Part shown: positions 7,465-17,347 of the stretch, one piece after another | Layout of the letters: each line of letters begins with the position of its first letter | How positions within the stretch are numbered: the stretch's first letter is position 1 | NCBI GenBank assembly: GCA_016699385.1 | Contig: CP064974.1 | Location: 67,242 to 131,241 of the forward strand | Length of the DNA: 64,000 nucleotides | Source of the DNA: Candidatus Moraniibacteriota bacterium | Lineage (GTDB): Bacteria > Patescibacteriota > Minisyncoccia > Moranbacterales > UBA1568 | Direction of reading: 5' to 3' | Position numbers and translations under genes: made by a program | The notes under the pieces: model-generated | The model's input: only the letters and a program-made list of their open reading frames with translations | Database searches by the model: none | Told to the model about the DNA's origin: nothing

Positions 7465-10248
7465 ATGAAACAAAATTTGCTTGCATTCACGCTCTCTTCG
7501 ATTGGACTATTTTTCTTCCTTCTTCCTGCGCATGTTTATGCCGCTCAGACAACAGGTGGCGTCAACTGGCTTGATCCACTTGGGTATCAAAAGCCGGCAT
7601 TTTATCCGATCACGGTACCGGATGAAGCTACCGTGACAAACAAATATTATGTTGATATGAGTTCGGGCTCTGGAAGTGCGTGCTCTTCTTCAAGTCCCTG
7701 TGCCAATATTGACAATGTAATTGGAAAACCAGGTACAACTGGCGGGCCGGCCTATGTGTACGTTCGTGGCACGGGCAATCTTTCGCTCTATAATGATTCC
7801 TTCTACGGATCCGCAGGGAATGAAATCGTTATCAAGCCGTGGGGTACAGCGACCGCAACTTTTACTAGCAATTCAAACACCAATAGCTCCAATGTGCATC
7901 ACCTCATATTTGATGGTGGCTCGAATTTGGGAATTCGATTTCAATCCTCCGCTGGACAGTACTCCTTGCATGTTCTCTCGAATGATACGACGATTTATCG
8001 GACACAAAGTTTGTGTTCAGGATCTGGTGCGCTCTTGTTTTCTGTTGGCGATAGCAAGGTAAACTCAAATGTTGCATTTATCAATAATGAAGGTTATGGC
8101 TGTACATCTACTAATGATCAGGTAAGTTTTGTGTATGCTGGCCCGGGGGGTGGAGGCGGTTACTCAAACTTGAAAATACTCAATAATATTATTCGTGATA
8201 TGGGTGGTGAGGGTATTGAAATCAATCCTCGTGTTACTTCGAATAACCTCGAAATTACAGGAAACGCGATTCATAATATTGGGAAAGTTACTTGCTCTAC
8301 GGCATGGAACTGCCGTCCCGGTATTACTATGAGCGTACAGAGTGGTGGTGGTAACAATGGAACGGTTATTAAAAACAACCTCATCTGGGACACAGGTTCT
8401 GGTTGCGTGTGGGATAGGGGTGGAGGTACTCCCCGACCACTTATCGTGAACAATACATGCTACGATTATGCTAAGATTGGTAGTGACCCTTGGCCGAATG
8501 GCATTGCTGGGTATTCCGGCCCTGGAACAGCAACTGTATCGAACAATATCATTTACGCTCCAAACGGAACGAATCCACTGGATGGTACCTATGCGGGGAC
8601 CAACAACCTTTGTGGCTCCGGCAAATCCTGTGGCTCCTCCAGTCAAGCATGGAGTGCTAGCACGTTTCTCTCAACGAACGAAAACACATCGAACTTTCTT
8701 CAGATAGGTATAAATTCTACAGCCAAAGATACTGGCATAACCATAGCGAGTGTCACAAATGATTATGCCGATAATACTCGCCCTGTTGGCTCTGGCTGGG
8801 ATATCGGCGCTTACGAATACGGTACCTCCACTCCCGACACCACCTCCCCCACCTCTCCCACCACTCTCGCCGCAAACGCCACCAGTGCCTCGAGTATCAC
8901 CGTCACGTGGAATCCAGCAACCGACCCCACTACCGAGGGGCAGGCAACATCGGGCATCACTGGATACCTCATCGAACGCTGTACCGGACTCTCGTGTTCC
9001 ACCTTCACCCAAGTGGGAACTCCCACTTCCAACAGCTACTCCGACACCGGTCTCACTGCCACAACTCTCTACCGCTATCGCGTACGAGCAAACGATGGAG
9101 CCGGCAACAATTCTTCCTACTCAAACATTGTTTCCGCCACCACCCCCCAAGCCCCTCCTTCTCCCACCTTCGTCTCCGAATACGAAACTCCCTGGAATAC
9201 GAGTACCTCTCCCAAGACAACGAGTACTTTCAATGTTCAGTCAGGCGACATCCTCGTCGCCTATGCCGTGAATGAAAACTCCGGAAGTGTCATCACGACT
9301 CCTCCCACAGGAACCCTCTCCGGTACCTGGACACTCAAGCAAACGATTGCCGCCAGTAACGCCACCTACCTCCGTCTCTGGACGATGAGTGTCGCAACAA
9401 GCCAAACCAATGTGAATGTTGTCTTCACGAACGCGGGAGGCAACTTTGGAGGAGACGTCCTCCACTTCCGAAACGCGAGTAGTGTCGGTGTGACCGCCCA
9501 AGCCAACAGTGCGACCGGAAACCCAACCCTCACACTAAACGGCGTCAGTGAAAACTCATCCATCATCATGGTAAACGGAGACTGGAGTGCGAAGACTGGA
9601 GCAAGAACCTACAATACCACCCAAGCTGGATCCTTCACAGAAACCTCTGCCTATGCCGACGGATCAAGCTATGGAGTCGAAGCGGGCTACTACGAAAATG
9701 CCGGAACAGCAGGAAACAAAACAATTGGAATCTCTGCCCCAACCGGTATGTCTTGGTCACTCGCCGCAGTAGAAGTGAAAGGGAGTGGAACACCATCAAG
9801 TTCCTTCTCCTCCTGCTCCACTATCACTCCCGCCACCTTCCCAGGGAGTACCTACACCGGCTATGGTGCTCCCTATGATGTCTTTGCGAGTAATACTCCT
9901 CTCATAGCAACAGAGTGTAGCAGTGGTGATACCCATACCCTCAAAGCAACACTCGGCATTACGGGAGACACTACTCGAATCGTCTATACCAAAGGCTACT
10001 ACTATGACCCCGGTATTGCTGACTGGCATCAGTTTACCGGTACCTGTACCGGTGCTCTCAACGGAGAATGGTGCCAAGGAAGTATCACGACTTCCATCAC
10101 CGATACCGATATCTCAACCGCGAGTGCCACAGACCCTGCCTACCTTGTGGGGATGACCTGCTCGGTGCAGGGTGGCGGGTGGAAGTGTGGGTGTCGGGAT
10201 ACGGCGTGTTCAAACTTCTATTGGCAGGTGCAGGGGGCGGGGTTGTAG
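7465..10248 (+). CDS. Giant secreted surface protein: signal peptide, right-handed parallel beta-helix (pectate-lyase/NosD-like) region, DIGAYEY linker, FN3 domain, beta-sandwich region and the conserved Cys-rich C-terminal module.
   Basis: Signal peptide MKQNLLAFTLSSIGLFFFLLPAHVYAAQ. Beta-helix repeats NNIIRDMGGEGIEINPRV...ITGNAIHNIG...IKNNLIWDTGSG...SNNIIYAP. RPVGSGWDIGAYEY linker. FN3 block ITVTWNPATDP...YRYRVRANDGAGN. The C-terminal 100 aa are identical or near-identical to gene 1945..4425. Confidence 0.8.
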   Translation: MKQNLLAFTLSSIGLFFFLLPAHVYAAQTTGGVNWLDPLGYQKPAFYPITVPDEATVTNKYYVDMSSGSGSACSSSSPCANIDNVIGKPGTTGGPAYVYVRGTGNLSLYNDSFYGSAGNEIVIKPWGTATATFTSNSNTNSSNVHHLIFDGGSNLGIRFQSSAGQYSLHVLSNDTTIYRTQSLCSGSGALLFSVGDSKVNSNVAFINNEGYGCTSTNDQVSFVYAGPGGGGGYSNLKILNNIIRDMGGEGIEINPRVTSNNLEITGNAIHNIGKVTCSTAWNCRPGITMSVQSGGGNNGTVIKNNLIWDTGSGCVWDRGGGTPRPLIVNNTCYDYAKIGSDPWPNGIAGYSGPGTATVSNNIIYAPNGTNPLDGTYAGTNNLCGSGKSCGSSSQAWSASTFLSTNENTSNFLQIGINSTAKDTGITIASVTNDYADNTRPVGSGWDIGAYEYGTSTPDTTSPTSPTTLAANATSASSITVTWNPATDPTTEGQATSGITGYLIERCTGLSCSTFTQVGTPTSNSYSDTGLTATTLYRYRVRANDGAGNNSSYSNIVSATTPQAPPSPTFVSEYETPWNTSTSPKTTSTFNVQSGDILVAYAVNENSGSVITTPPTGTLSGTWTLKQTIAASNATYLRLWTMSVATSQTNVNVVFTNAGGNFGGDVLHFRNASSVGVTAQANSATGNPTLTLNGVSENSSIIMVNGDWSAKTGARTYNTTQAGSFTETSAYADGSSYGVEAGYYENAGTAGNKTIGISAPTGMSWSLAAVEVKGSGTPSSSFSSCSTITPATFPGSTYTGYGAPYDVFASNTPLIATECSSGDTHTLKATLGITGDTTRIVYTKGYYYDPGIADWHQFTGTCTGALNGEWCQGSITTSITDTDISTASATDPAYLVGMTCSVQGGGWKCGCRDTACSNFYWQVQGAGL
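9795..10248. repeat. Inverted-repeat copy B (3' end of gene 7465..10248).
   Basis: See copy A. A third, more diverged copy (about 70% protein identity) ends gene 25238..28267 at 27815..28267. Confidence 0.8.
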
Positions 10249-10292
10249 GGTGAGGGGTGGTGGATAATTTCCAATGAGCTGAGGTCTGAGTA

Positions 10293-10301
10293 TGGTATAC
10301 T
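10293..10301 (+). promoter_or_regulatory. Candidate extended -10 promoter element (TGgTATACT) upstream of 10336..12243.
   Basis: tatggtatact lies about 35 nt upstream of the ATG. The same TGGTATACT motif recurs upstream of ftsA (43600s). Confidence 0.3.
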
Positions 10302-10335
10302 AAAGGAAGTATTTTTTGTGTGACAAGATTGTAGT

Positions 10336-12243
10336 ATGAGTATACAGGATCTCGAAGAACAACTTCATAAACATGATGGCGAAGTTCGCGAACCATCTCG
10401 GACAAGTGAATTCGATCCGGGGCATGTTGCAGATGATGCCAAAAATGCACTTGAGCAAACGAGTGGGTGGCGCATGGTACGCAATCGGTTTTTTGCTGAT
10501 CGGGCAAAGACGATTCGTCTCGGAGTGCTTGCCATTGGAGGTATAGCGTTCATTGCGCTTCTTGTAGGAACATTTGTTCGTATTCGGCAGTCTTTATTTT
10601 CGCAAGATCGCGTCACGGTTTCTGTTATGGGTCCGAGCAATGTGAATAGTTCAGATGTAACCGATTTTGTTATTTCTTATGAGAATGCCAATCGTTCGAG
10701 GCTTGCGGATGCGGAGCTCATTGTTTCTTATCCGCCGAACTTTGTTCCAGAGGGGAATGCCAGTATCTTCCGAAATGATGCCTCGTCGAGCATTGTGACG
10801 CTCGGAGATATCGCTCCTTTTGGAAAAAACAGCCTTGATTTTTCAGGGAAATTCTACGGATCCAAGGATTCGATTGCGTATATTCGCGCCGAGCTTCGTT
10901 ATCGACCGAGCAATGTGCAGAGTCGATTTTCTGTATCAGGACAGAAAAGCGTCAATTTGCGGAGCGCTTCTCTTGCTGTCGAATTGGAGGCTCCGCTTTC
11001 GGTGTCGCCTTCGGGGGAAGTGACATATCTGGTAAATTATGAAAATACGAGTGATGCGACACTTGCGAATGTTCGTATGAAGGCAACGCTTCCGTCGGGC
11101 TTTTCCTTGAAAGATGCTGATCCGAAACCATCGGAGGGAGAAGTCGTATGGTATCTCGGGAGTATTGCTTCGGGCGAACGAGGGAAAATTCGCCTCACAG
11201 GGAATATGAATGGTGTGCCTAACGAGACCAAAACGGTACGGGTTGAATTTGGTACTTTCCAAGGAGACAACACCTTTTTTTCCTACAGCAATGCCGAACG
11301 AACGACGCGCATTGTGTCAGCGCCTTTTAGTATTCGACAATCTTTGAATGGTGCAGTACCGAAGGCGGTGAATCCTGGCGATCTTCTCAGATATACAATA
11401 GCGTATCGCAACGACAGTGAAATAGCGCTTCGGGAGGTAATCGTCACTGTGGAATTGGAAGGGGACGCGTTGGACTTTTCTCGGCTTCGTCCGGAGAAAG
11501 GCGCTTATGATAGTCTCCGAAAGGTGATTACGTGGAAGGCATCCGATGTAAAACAGCTTGGAAATCTCGTGCCGAATGCCTCAGGCGAAATCGAATTCAA
11601 TGTGCCAGTTCGAGATGACCTGGTGCCGCAGAGTACTCTGACAAAAGATTTCCAAATAAAGACGACGGCAAAAATTGAAAGTCCTGATGTCCCCAATCCT
11701 GCAGGTGCCAACAAAATCATTGCAACAGACACCATGTGGGCGAAAGTAAATTCGCGCCTTCTTCTGGAAACAGCTGGGTATTACAACGACGGAGCGCTCC
11801 CGAATACCGGACCGATTCCTCCGAGAGTGGGTCAAAATACGACCTATACACTGCATTGGTCGCTTTCGAATACGACCAATAATGTGACAAATGCAGAGGT
11901 GTCGGCAGATCTTCCAACAGGCGTCACGTGGACGGGGAATACGTTTCCAGATGCAGAAAAAATTTCCTACAATGAACGAACTAATAAGATTGTGTGGAAT
12001 GTCGGCAGTCTTGGTGTGGGCGAGGGCATATTCTCACCGAAGCGCACGGTTGCTTTCCAGGTATCGATTCGCCCGGAAGTGAATCAACTCAATATATCGC
12101 CGACATTGCTTGAAGTATCGTCAGCAAAAGCAACAGACGTCTTTACGAATGAGACGATTCAGTCGGGAACATCAGAAAAAACAATAGGTCTCCGTGAGGA
12201 TGCATCTCTTCCGCCAAATGGCTACAAGGTGGTGGGAGAATAG
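10336..12243 (+). CDS. Single-pass membrane protein whose extracellular region is built from repeated DUF11/CARDB-like beta-sandwich domains.
   Basis: TM helix LGVLAIGGIAFIALLVGTFV near the N-terminus. Four or more degenerate repeats of the type (V/L)xYxIxYxNxS...L(A/R)xV...LPxG(V/F). Long clean ORF. Confidence 0.65.
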   Translation: MSIQDLEEQLHKHDGEVREPSRTSEFDPGHVADDAKNALEQTSGWRMVRNRFFADRAKTIRLGVLAIGGIAFIALLVGTFVRIRQSLFSQDRVTVSVMGPSNVNSSDVTDFVISYENANRSRLADAELIVSYPPNFVPEGNASIFRNDASSSIVTLGDIAPFGKNSLDFSGKFYGSKDSIAYIRAELRYRPSNVQSRFSVSGQKSVNLRSASLAVELEAPLSVSPSGEVTYLVNYENTSDATLANVRMKATLPSGFSLKDADPKPSEGEVVWYLGSIASGERGKIRLTGNMNGVPNETKTVRVEFGTFQGDNTFFSYSNAERTTRIVSAPFSIRQSLNGAVPKAVNPGDLLRYTIAYRNDSEIALREVIVTVELEGDALDFSRLRPEKGAYDSLRKVITWKASDVKQLGNLVPNASGEIEFNVPVRDDLVPQSTLTKDFQIKTTAKIESPDVPNPAGANKIIATDTMWAKVNSRLLLETAGYYNDGALPNTGPIPPRVGQNTTYTLHWSLSNTTNNVTNAEVSADLPTGVTWTGNTFPDAEKISYNERTNKIVWNVGSLGVGEGIFSPKRTVAFQVSIRPEVNQLNISPTLLEVSSAKATDVFTNETIQSGTSEKTIGLREDASLPPNGYKVVGE

Positions 12244-12289
12244 CTCATTGTGTCGAATTTCTCTTGACCATGTTTTTTGTTTTGGGTAG

Positions 12290-13456
<1,167 letters not shown>

Positions 13457-13483
13457 AACGAAATTTGTCGAGTATATGCGCAT

Positions 13484-13512
13484 TTGACAAATTTTGGCGG
13501 GGAGTTTATACT
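13484..13512 (+). promoter_or_regulatory. Consensus sigma70-type promoter (TTGACA, 17-nt spacer, TATACT) upstream of rpoB, giving a leader of about 300 nt.
   Basis: ttgacaaattttggcggggagtttatact. The leader contains the hairpin tggttcggtttccgaacca. Confidence 0.45.
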
Positions 13513-13812
13513 CTTAGGAAAGTCAGGAGAAAGGCGGACTCTTAGGGAATCATGATTGTGGACAGAAGCCCCTGGGATTCGCGTGGAGTGGTTCGGTTTC
13601 CGAACCAAAGAGGAAAAGATTGCCATGCAGGAAGAGGGAAGATATGATAGGAAGAGAAAGTGTACGAAGGGTCTTTTTCAAGCGAATGTCAACGCTTCTG
13701 TCTCGGAGATATAACAATTCATTGTAAGCGAGTCTAACTTCTCATCCGCTGCCGTCTTTCGGGAGAATTTTTTGTTCTTCTGCGAGGCGAGAGAAAGGAT
13801 GAGCGTCTTTCT

Positions 13813-16800
13813 ATGCCCAAAAAAGAAGAGGTCAGAAAAGAGGAGAAAGTGCTGAAGATTCGCGATTCGTTTCGATCGGGTTCATCTCTTTCGACACGGA
13901 AGTTCTTCAAGCGACGCATCATGGTGTCGCTTCCCAATCTTATCGATGTTTTGACAAGCTCGTACACGTGGTTTTGGGACAAGGGCTTCAAAGAATTGCT
14001 TGAAGAAGTAAATCCTATCCGCGACTTTACCAACAAAGATCTCGAGCTTCGTCTCGGTGAATACTATCTCGATGAGCCGAAATATGACGAAGTGACCGCC
14101 AAGGCAAAGAATATTTCCTATGAAGCGCCACTTCGTGCCAAGGCGACGCTTACCTTCAAGAAAACGGGCGAAGTGAAAGACCAAGAAATTTATCTTGGCG
14201 AATTCCCTATCATGACCGATCGGGGAACTTTTATCATAAATGGCGTTGAGCGCGTGGTCGTGAGTCAGCTTATCCGCTCTCCAGGCGCGTTCTTTACGAT
14301 GAATTATCAGAAGGGCAAGAAGCTCTTTGGTGCGAAGATTATTCCAAATCGCGGCGCCTGGCTCGAACTCGAAACCGATCTCGATGGGGTTATCTCTGCG
14401 AAAATAGACCGGAAGCGAAAGGTGCCAGTGACAGCGCTCCTGAAAGCATTTGGCTGCGGGAATGATGCGACGCTACGTGAACTGTTTGCAGGAACCGATA
14501 CTGGAGAAACGCACTATATCGAGGAAACACTCTCCAAGGATCCAACACGGACACAGGGTGAAGGCTACAAGGAAGTCTACAAACGACTTCGTCCGGGTGA
14601 CCTCGCAACTGAAGAGAACGCGAAGCAAATGATTGACTCGATGTTCTTCAACTATGAACGCTACGACTTTGGAAGTGTCGGGCGATATCGTCTCAATCAG
14701 CGACTCGAAACCAATCGTGAAGATCTCGAGGCAAATCGCGTCCTCAATGTTGATGACCTCGTCCTTATTATTCGCGAAATTATCAGGCTCAACAATGATC
14801 CGGAAGCGCGACCGGATGATATCGACCACCTCGGCAATCGTCGCGTGCGCGCTGTCGGTGAGCTCATTCAGAACAAATTACGTGTCGGACTCTACCGCAT
14901 GGTGAGGAATATCAAGGATCGCATGAGTACCTGTGATGTCGAGACCGTCATCCCGGGACAGCTCATCAATCCGCGTCCGGTTGCGGCGGCAGTGAAGGAA
15001 TTTTTCTCGAGTTCTCAGCTCTCGCAGTTCATGGATCAGGTGAATCCTCTCGCAGAGCTTGAACACAAGCGACGACTCTCAGCGATGGGTCCGGGCGGAC
15101 TCACTCGTGAGCGCGCGAGCTTTGAAGTGCGCGATGTTCACTCGTCGCACTATGGACGTATTTGTCCGGTGGAAACGCCGGAAGGTCCGAATATTGGACT
15201 CGTAGGTCATATGGCGACCTATGCACGCGTCAATGAATACGGATTCCTCGAGACACCGTATCTGCGCATTCAGAAAGATGTCTCAGTTGAGAATCCAAAA
15301 GAGCTTGAGGGAAGAATTCTCAATGAGTCGATAGCAGGAAGTGAAGTAGGTACACTGATTGATGAAGCGCTTGCCGGGAAAATTGCCAAAGAGCGAAAGA
15401 CTGGAACGATTCGCGTGAAGCCATTTATTACACTCACGATTGATTATCTCAATGCCATTGTCGAAGATCGAAAAATTATCGCACATGCTGGTATCGATAC
15501 CGATGAAAAGAACAATATCATAGAACCGCTTGTCGAGGCGCGTGTGAATGGCCACCCGGAAATGATTGAGACGGAGCGCATCGACTATGTAGACGTTTCT
15601 GTGAAGCAGTGTATTTCTGTAGCAACATCACTCATTCCATTTTTGGAACACGACGATGCAAACCGCGCTCTCATGGGTTCGAACATGCAACGTCAGGCTG
15701 TGTCTTGTGTGGTGCCAGATGCGCCACTTGTTGGAACAGGCATTGAGGACAAGGCAGCAGCAGATTCCGGACAGGTGATACTCGCTCGGCAGGATGGCGA
15801 AGTGATTGAAGTGGATGCGAGCCATGTTGTTGTGCGCGAAGAGGCGCCGGTCGGCTCGAAGAAAGCGCATTTTGATCGCTCCTACACACTCAAGAGTTTT
15901 GCGAAGTCAAACAATTTCACGAGCATGAACCAGGTGCCGCGCGTTGTGAAGGGGCAATCCCTCAAGCAAGGTGACCTCATTGCCGATGGCGCCTCGACTG
16001 ATCGTGGTGAATTGGCGCTCGGGCAAAATGTCGTTGTTGCCTTCGTGCCATGGCAGGGATACAACTTCGAAGATGCGATTATCATGTCGGAGCGATTGCT
16101 TCATGAAGATCGCTATAGTTCTATTCATATCGAAGACTTTTCGCTTGATGTGCGAGATACAAAGCTTGGTCCCGAAGTCGTGACGCGCGATATTCCCAAT
16201 ATCGGTGAAGACCGTCTCAAGAACCTCGATGAACAGGGTATCATCCGTATCGGTGCCGAAGTGTCTTCGGGCGATATTCTGGTTGGAAAAATTTCTCCGA
16301 AAGGTGAAGGTGACCTGACGGCAGAAGAGCGACTTCTTCGCGTGATATTCGGTGAGAAGTCGCGTGATGTGAAGGATTCTTCGCTCTATCTCCCGCACGG
16401 CGAACGTGGCAAGGTGGTTGATGTAAAAATCTTTTCCCGAGAACAGGGCGACAAACTTTCCATGGGCGTGTTCCAACAGGTGCAGGTCTCAGTGGCACAA
16501 CTTCGCAAGGTCTCAGTGGGAGACAAGTTCGCTGGTCGTCATGGAAACAAGGGTGTGGTTTCTCGCATTGCGCCGATTGAAGATATGCCATACCTCGAAG
16601 ATGGGACACCGGTTGATATGATTTTGAATCCGCTTGGTGTGGCGAGCCGTATGAATATCGGACAGATCTTGGAAACGCATCTCGGATGGGCGGCAAAGAA
16701 ACTTGGGTATACTGTGGCAACTCCGGCGCTCGATGGTGCGACGGAGATAGATATCAAGACCGAGCTTCGCAAGGCGGGACTTCCCGAAAACGGCAAGGTT

Positions 16801-17232
16801 CGACTTCGCGATGGGAAGTCGGGAGAATATTTCGACAATGAATCGACGGTTGGCGTCATGTATGTCATGAAACTCAATCACCTCATCGATGACAAACTTC
16901 ACATGCGTTCTATCGGACCGTACTCCTTGATTACTCAGCAGCCATTGGGCGGCAAGGCGCAGTTTGGCGGACAGCGCTTCGGAGAAATGGAAGTGTGGGC
17001 GCTCGAAGGATATGGTGCCGCGCATACACTTCAGGAAATGCTCACGATCAAATCAGACGATGTACTTGGTCGATCGAAAGCGTACGAATCTATCATCAAG
17101 GGCGAGCCTATCAAGAGTCCGAATATCCCCGCGTCATTCCATGTTTTGGTCAATGAATTGAAAGGTCTGTGTCTCAATGTTGAATTGGTTGGCGCAAAGC
17201 CGATAGTGTCCGAAGAGGATGACCATTCATAA
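13813..17232 (+). CDS. rpoB: DNA-directed RNA polymerase subunit beta.
   Basis: 1139-aa ORF with conserved RpoB blocks throughout (GTFIINGVERVVVSQL..., FMDQVNPLAELEHKRRLSAMGPGGL, GRHGNKGVVSRI, MNIGQILETHLGWAA). Confidence 0.97.
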   Translation: MPKKEEVRKEEKVLKIRDSFRSGSSLSTRKFFKRRIMVSLPNLIDVLTSSYTWFWDKGFKELLEEVNPIRDFTNKDLELRLGEYYLDEPKYDEVTAKAKNISYEAPLRAKATLTFKKTGEVKDQEIYLGEFPIMTDRGTFIINGVERVVVSQLIRSPGAFFTMNYQKGKKLFGAKIIPNRGAWLELETDLDGVISAKIDRKRKVPVTALLKAFGCGNDATLRELFAGTDTGETHYIEETLSKDPTRTQGEGYKEVYKRLRPGDLATEENAKQMIDSMFFNYERYDFGSVGRYRLNQRLETNREDLEANRVLNVDDLVLIIREIIRLNNDPEARPDDIDHLGNRRVRAVGELIQNKLRVGLYRMVRNIKDRMSTCDVETVIPGQLINPRPVAAAVKEFFSSSQLSQFMDQVNPLAELEHKRRLSAMGPGGLTRERASFEVRDVHSSHYGRICPVETPEGPNIGLVGHMATYARVNEYGFLETPYLRIQKDVSVENPKELEGRILNESIAGSEVGTLIDEALAGKIAKERKTGTIRVKPFITLTIDYLNAIVEDRKIIAHAGIDTDEKNNIIEPLVEARVNGHPEMIETERIDYVDVSVKQCISVATSLIPFLEHDDANRALMGSNMQRQAVSCVVPDAPLVGTGIEDKAAADSGQVILARQDGEVIEVDASHVVVREEAPVGSKKAHFDRSYTLKSFAKSNNFTSMNQVPRVVKGQSLKQGDLIADGASTDRGELALGQNVVVAFVPWQGYNFEDAIIMSERLLHEDRYSSIHIEDFSLDVRDTKLGPEVVTRDIPNIGEDRLKNLDEQGIIRIGAEVSSGDILVGKISPKGEGDLTAEERLLRVIFGEKSRDVKDSSLYLPHGERGKVVDVKIFSREQGDKLSMGVFQQVQVSVAQLRKVSVGDKFAGRHGNKGVVSRIAPIEDMPYLEDGTPVDMILNPLGVASRMNIGQILETHLGWAAKKLGYTVATPALDGATEIDIKTELRKAGLPENGKVRLRDGKSGEYFDNESTVGVMYVMKLNHLIDDKLHMRSIGPYSLITQQPLGGKAQFGGQRFGEMEVWALEGYGAAHTLQEMLTIKSDDVLGRSKAYESIIKGEPIKSPNIPASFHVLVNELKGLCLNVELVGAKPIVSEEDDHS

Positions 17233-17347
17233 GTGAAGGAACATCTCGATACGTACAAAAGAAAGAATCCATCGAGATGAATTGTTGAGTCGACACTGAT
17301 AAAAAATACGCAATTTCGTATTCTTCAACTCTAATTTTCCCAACACT

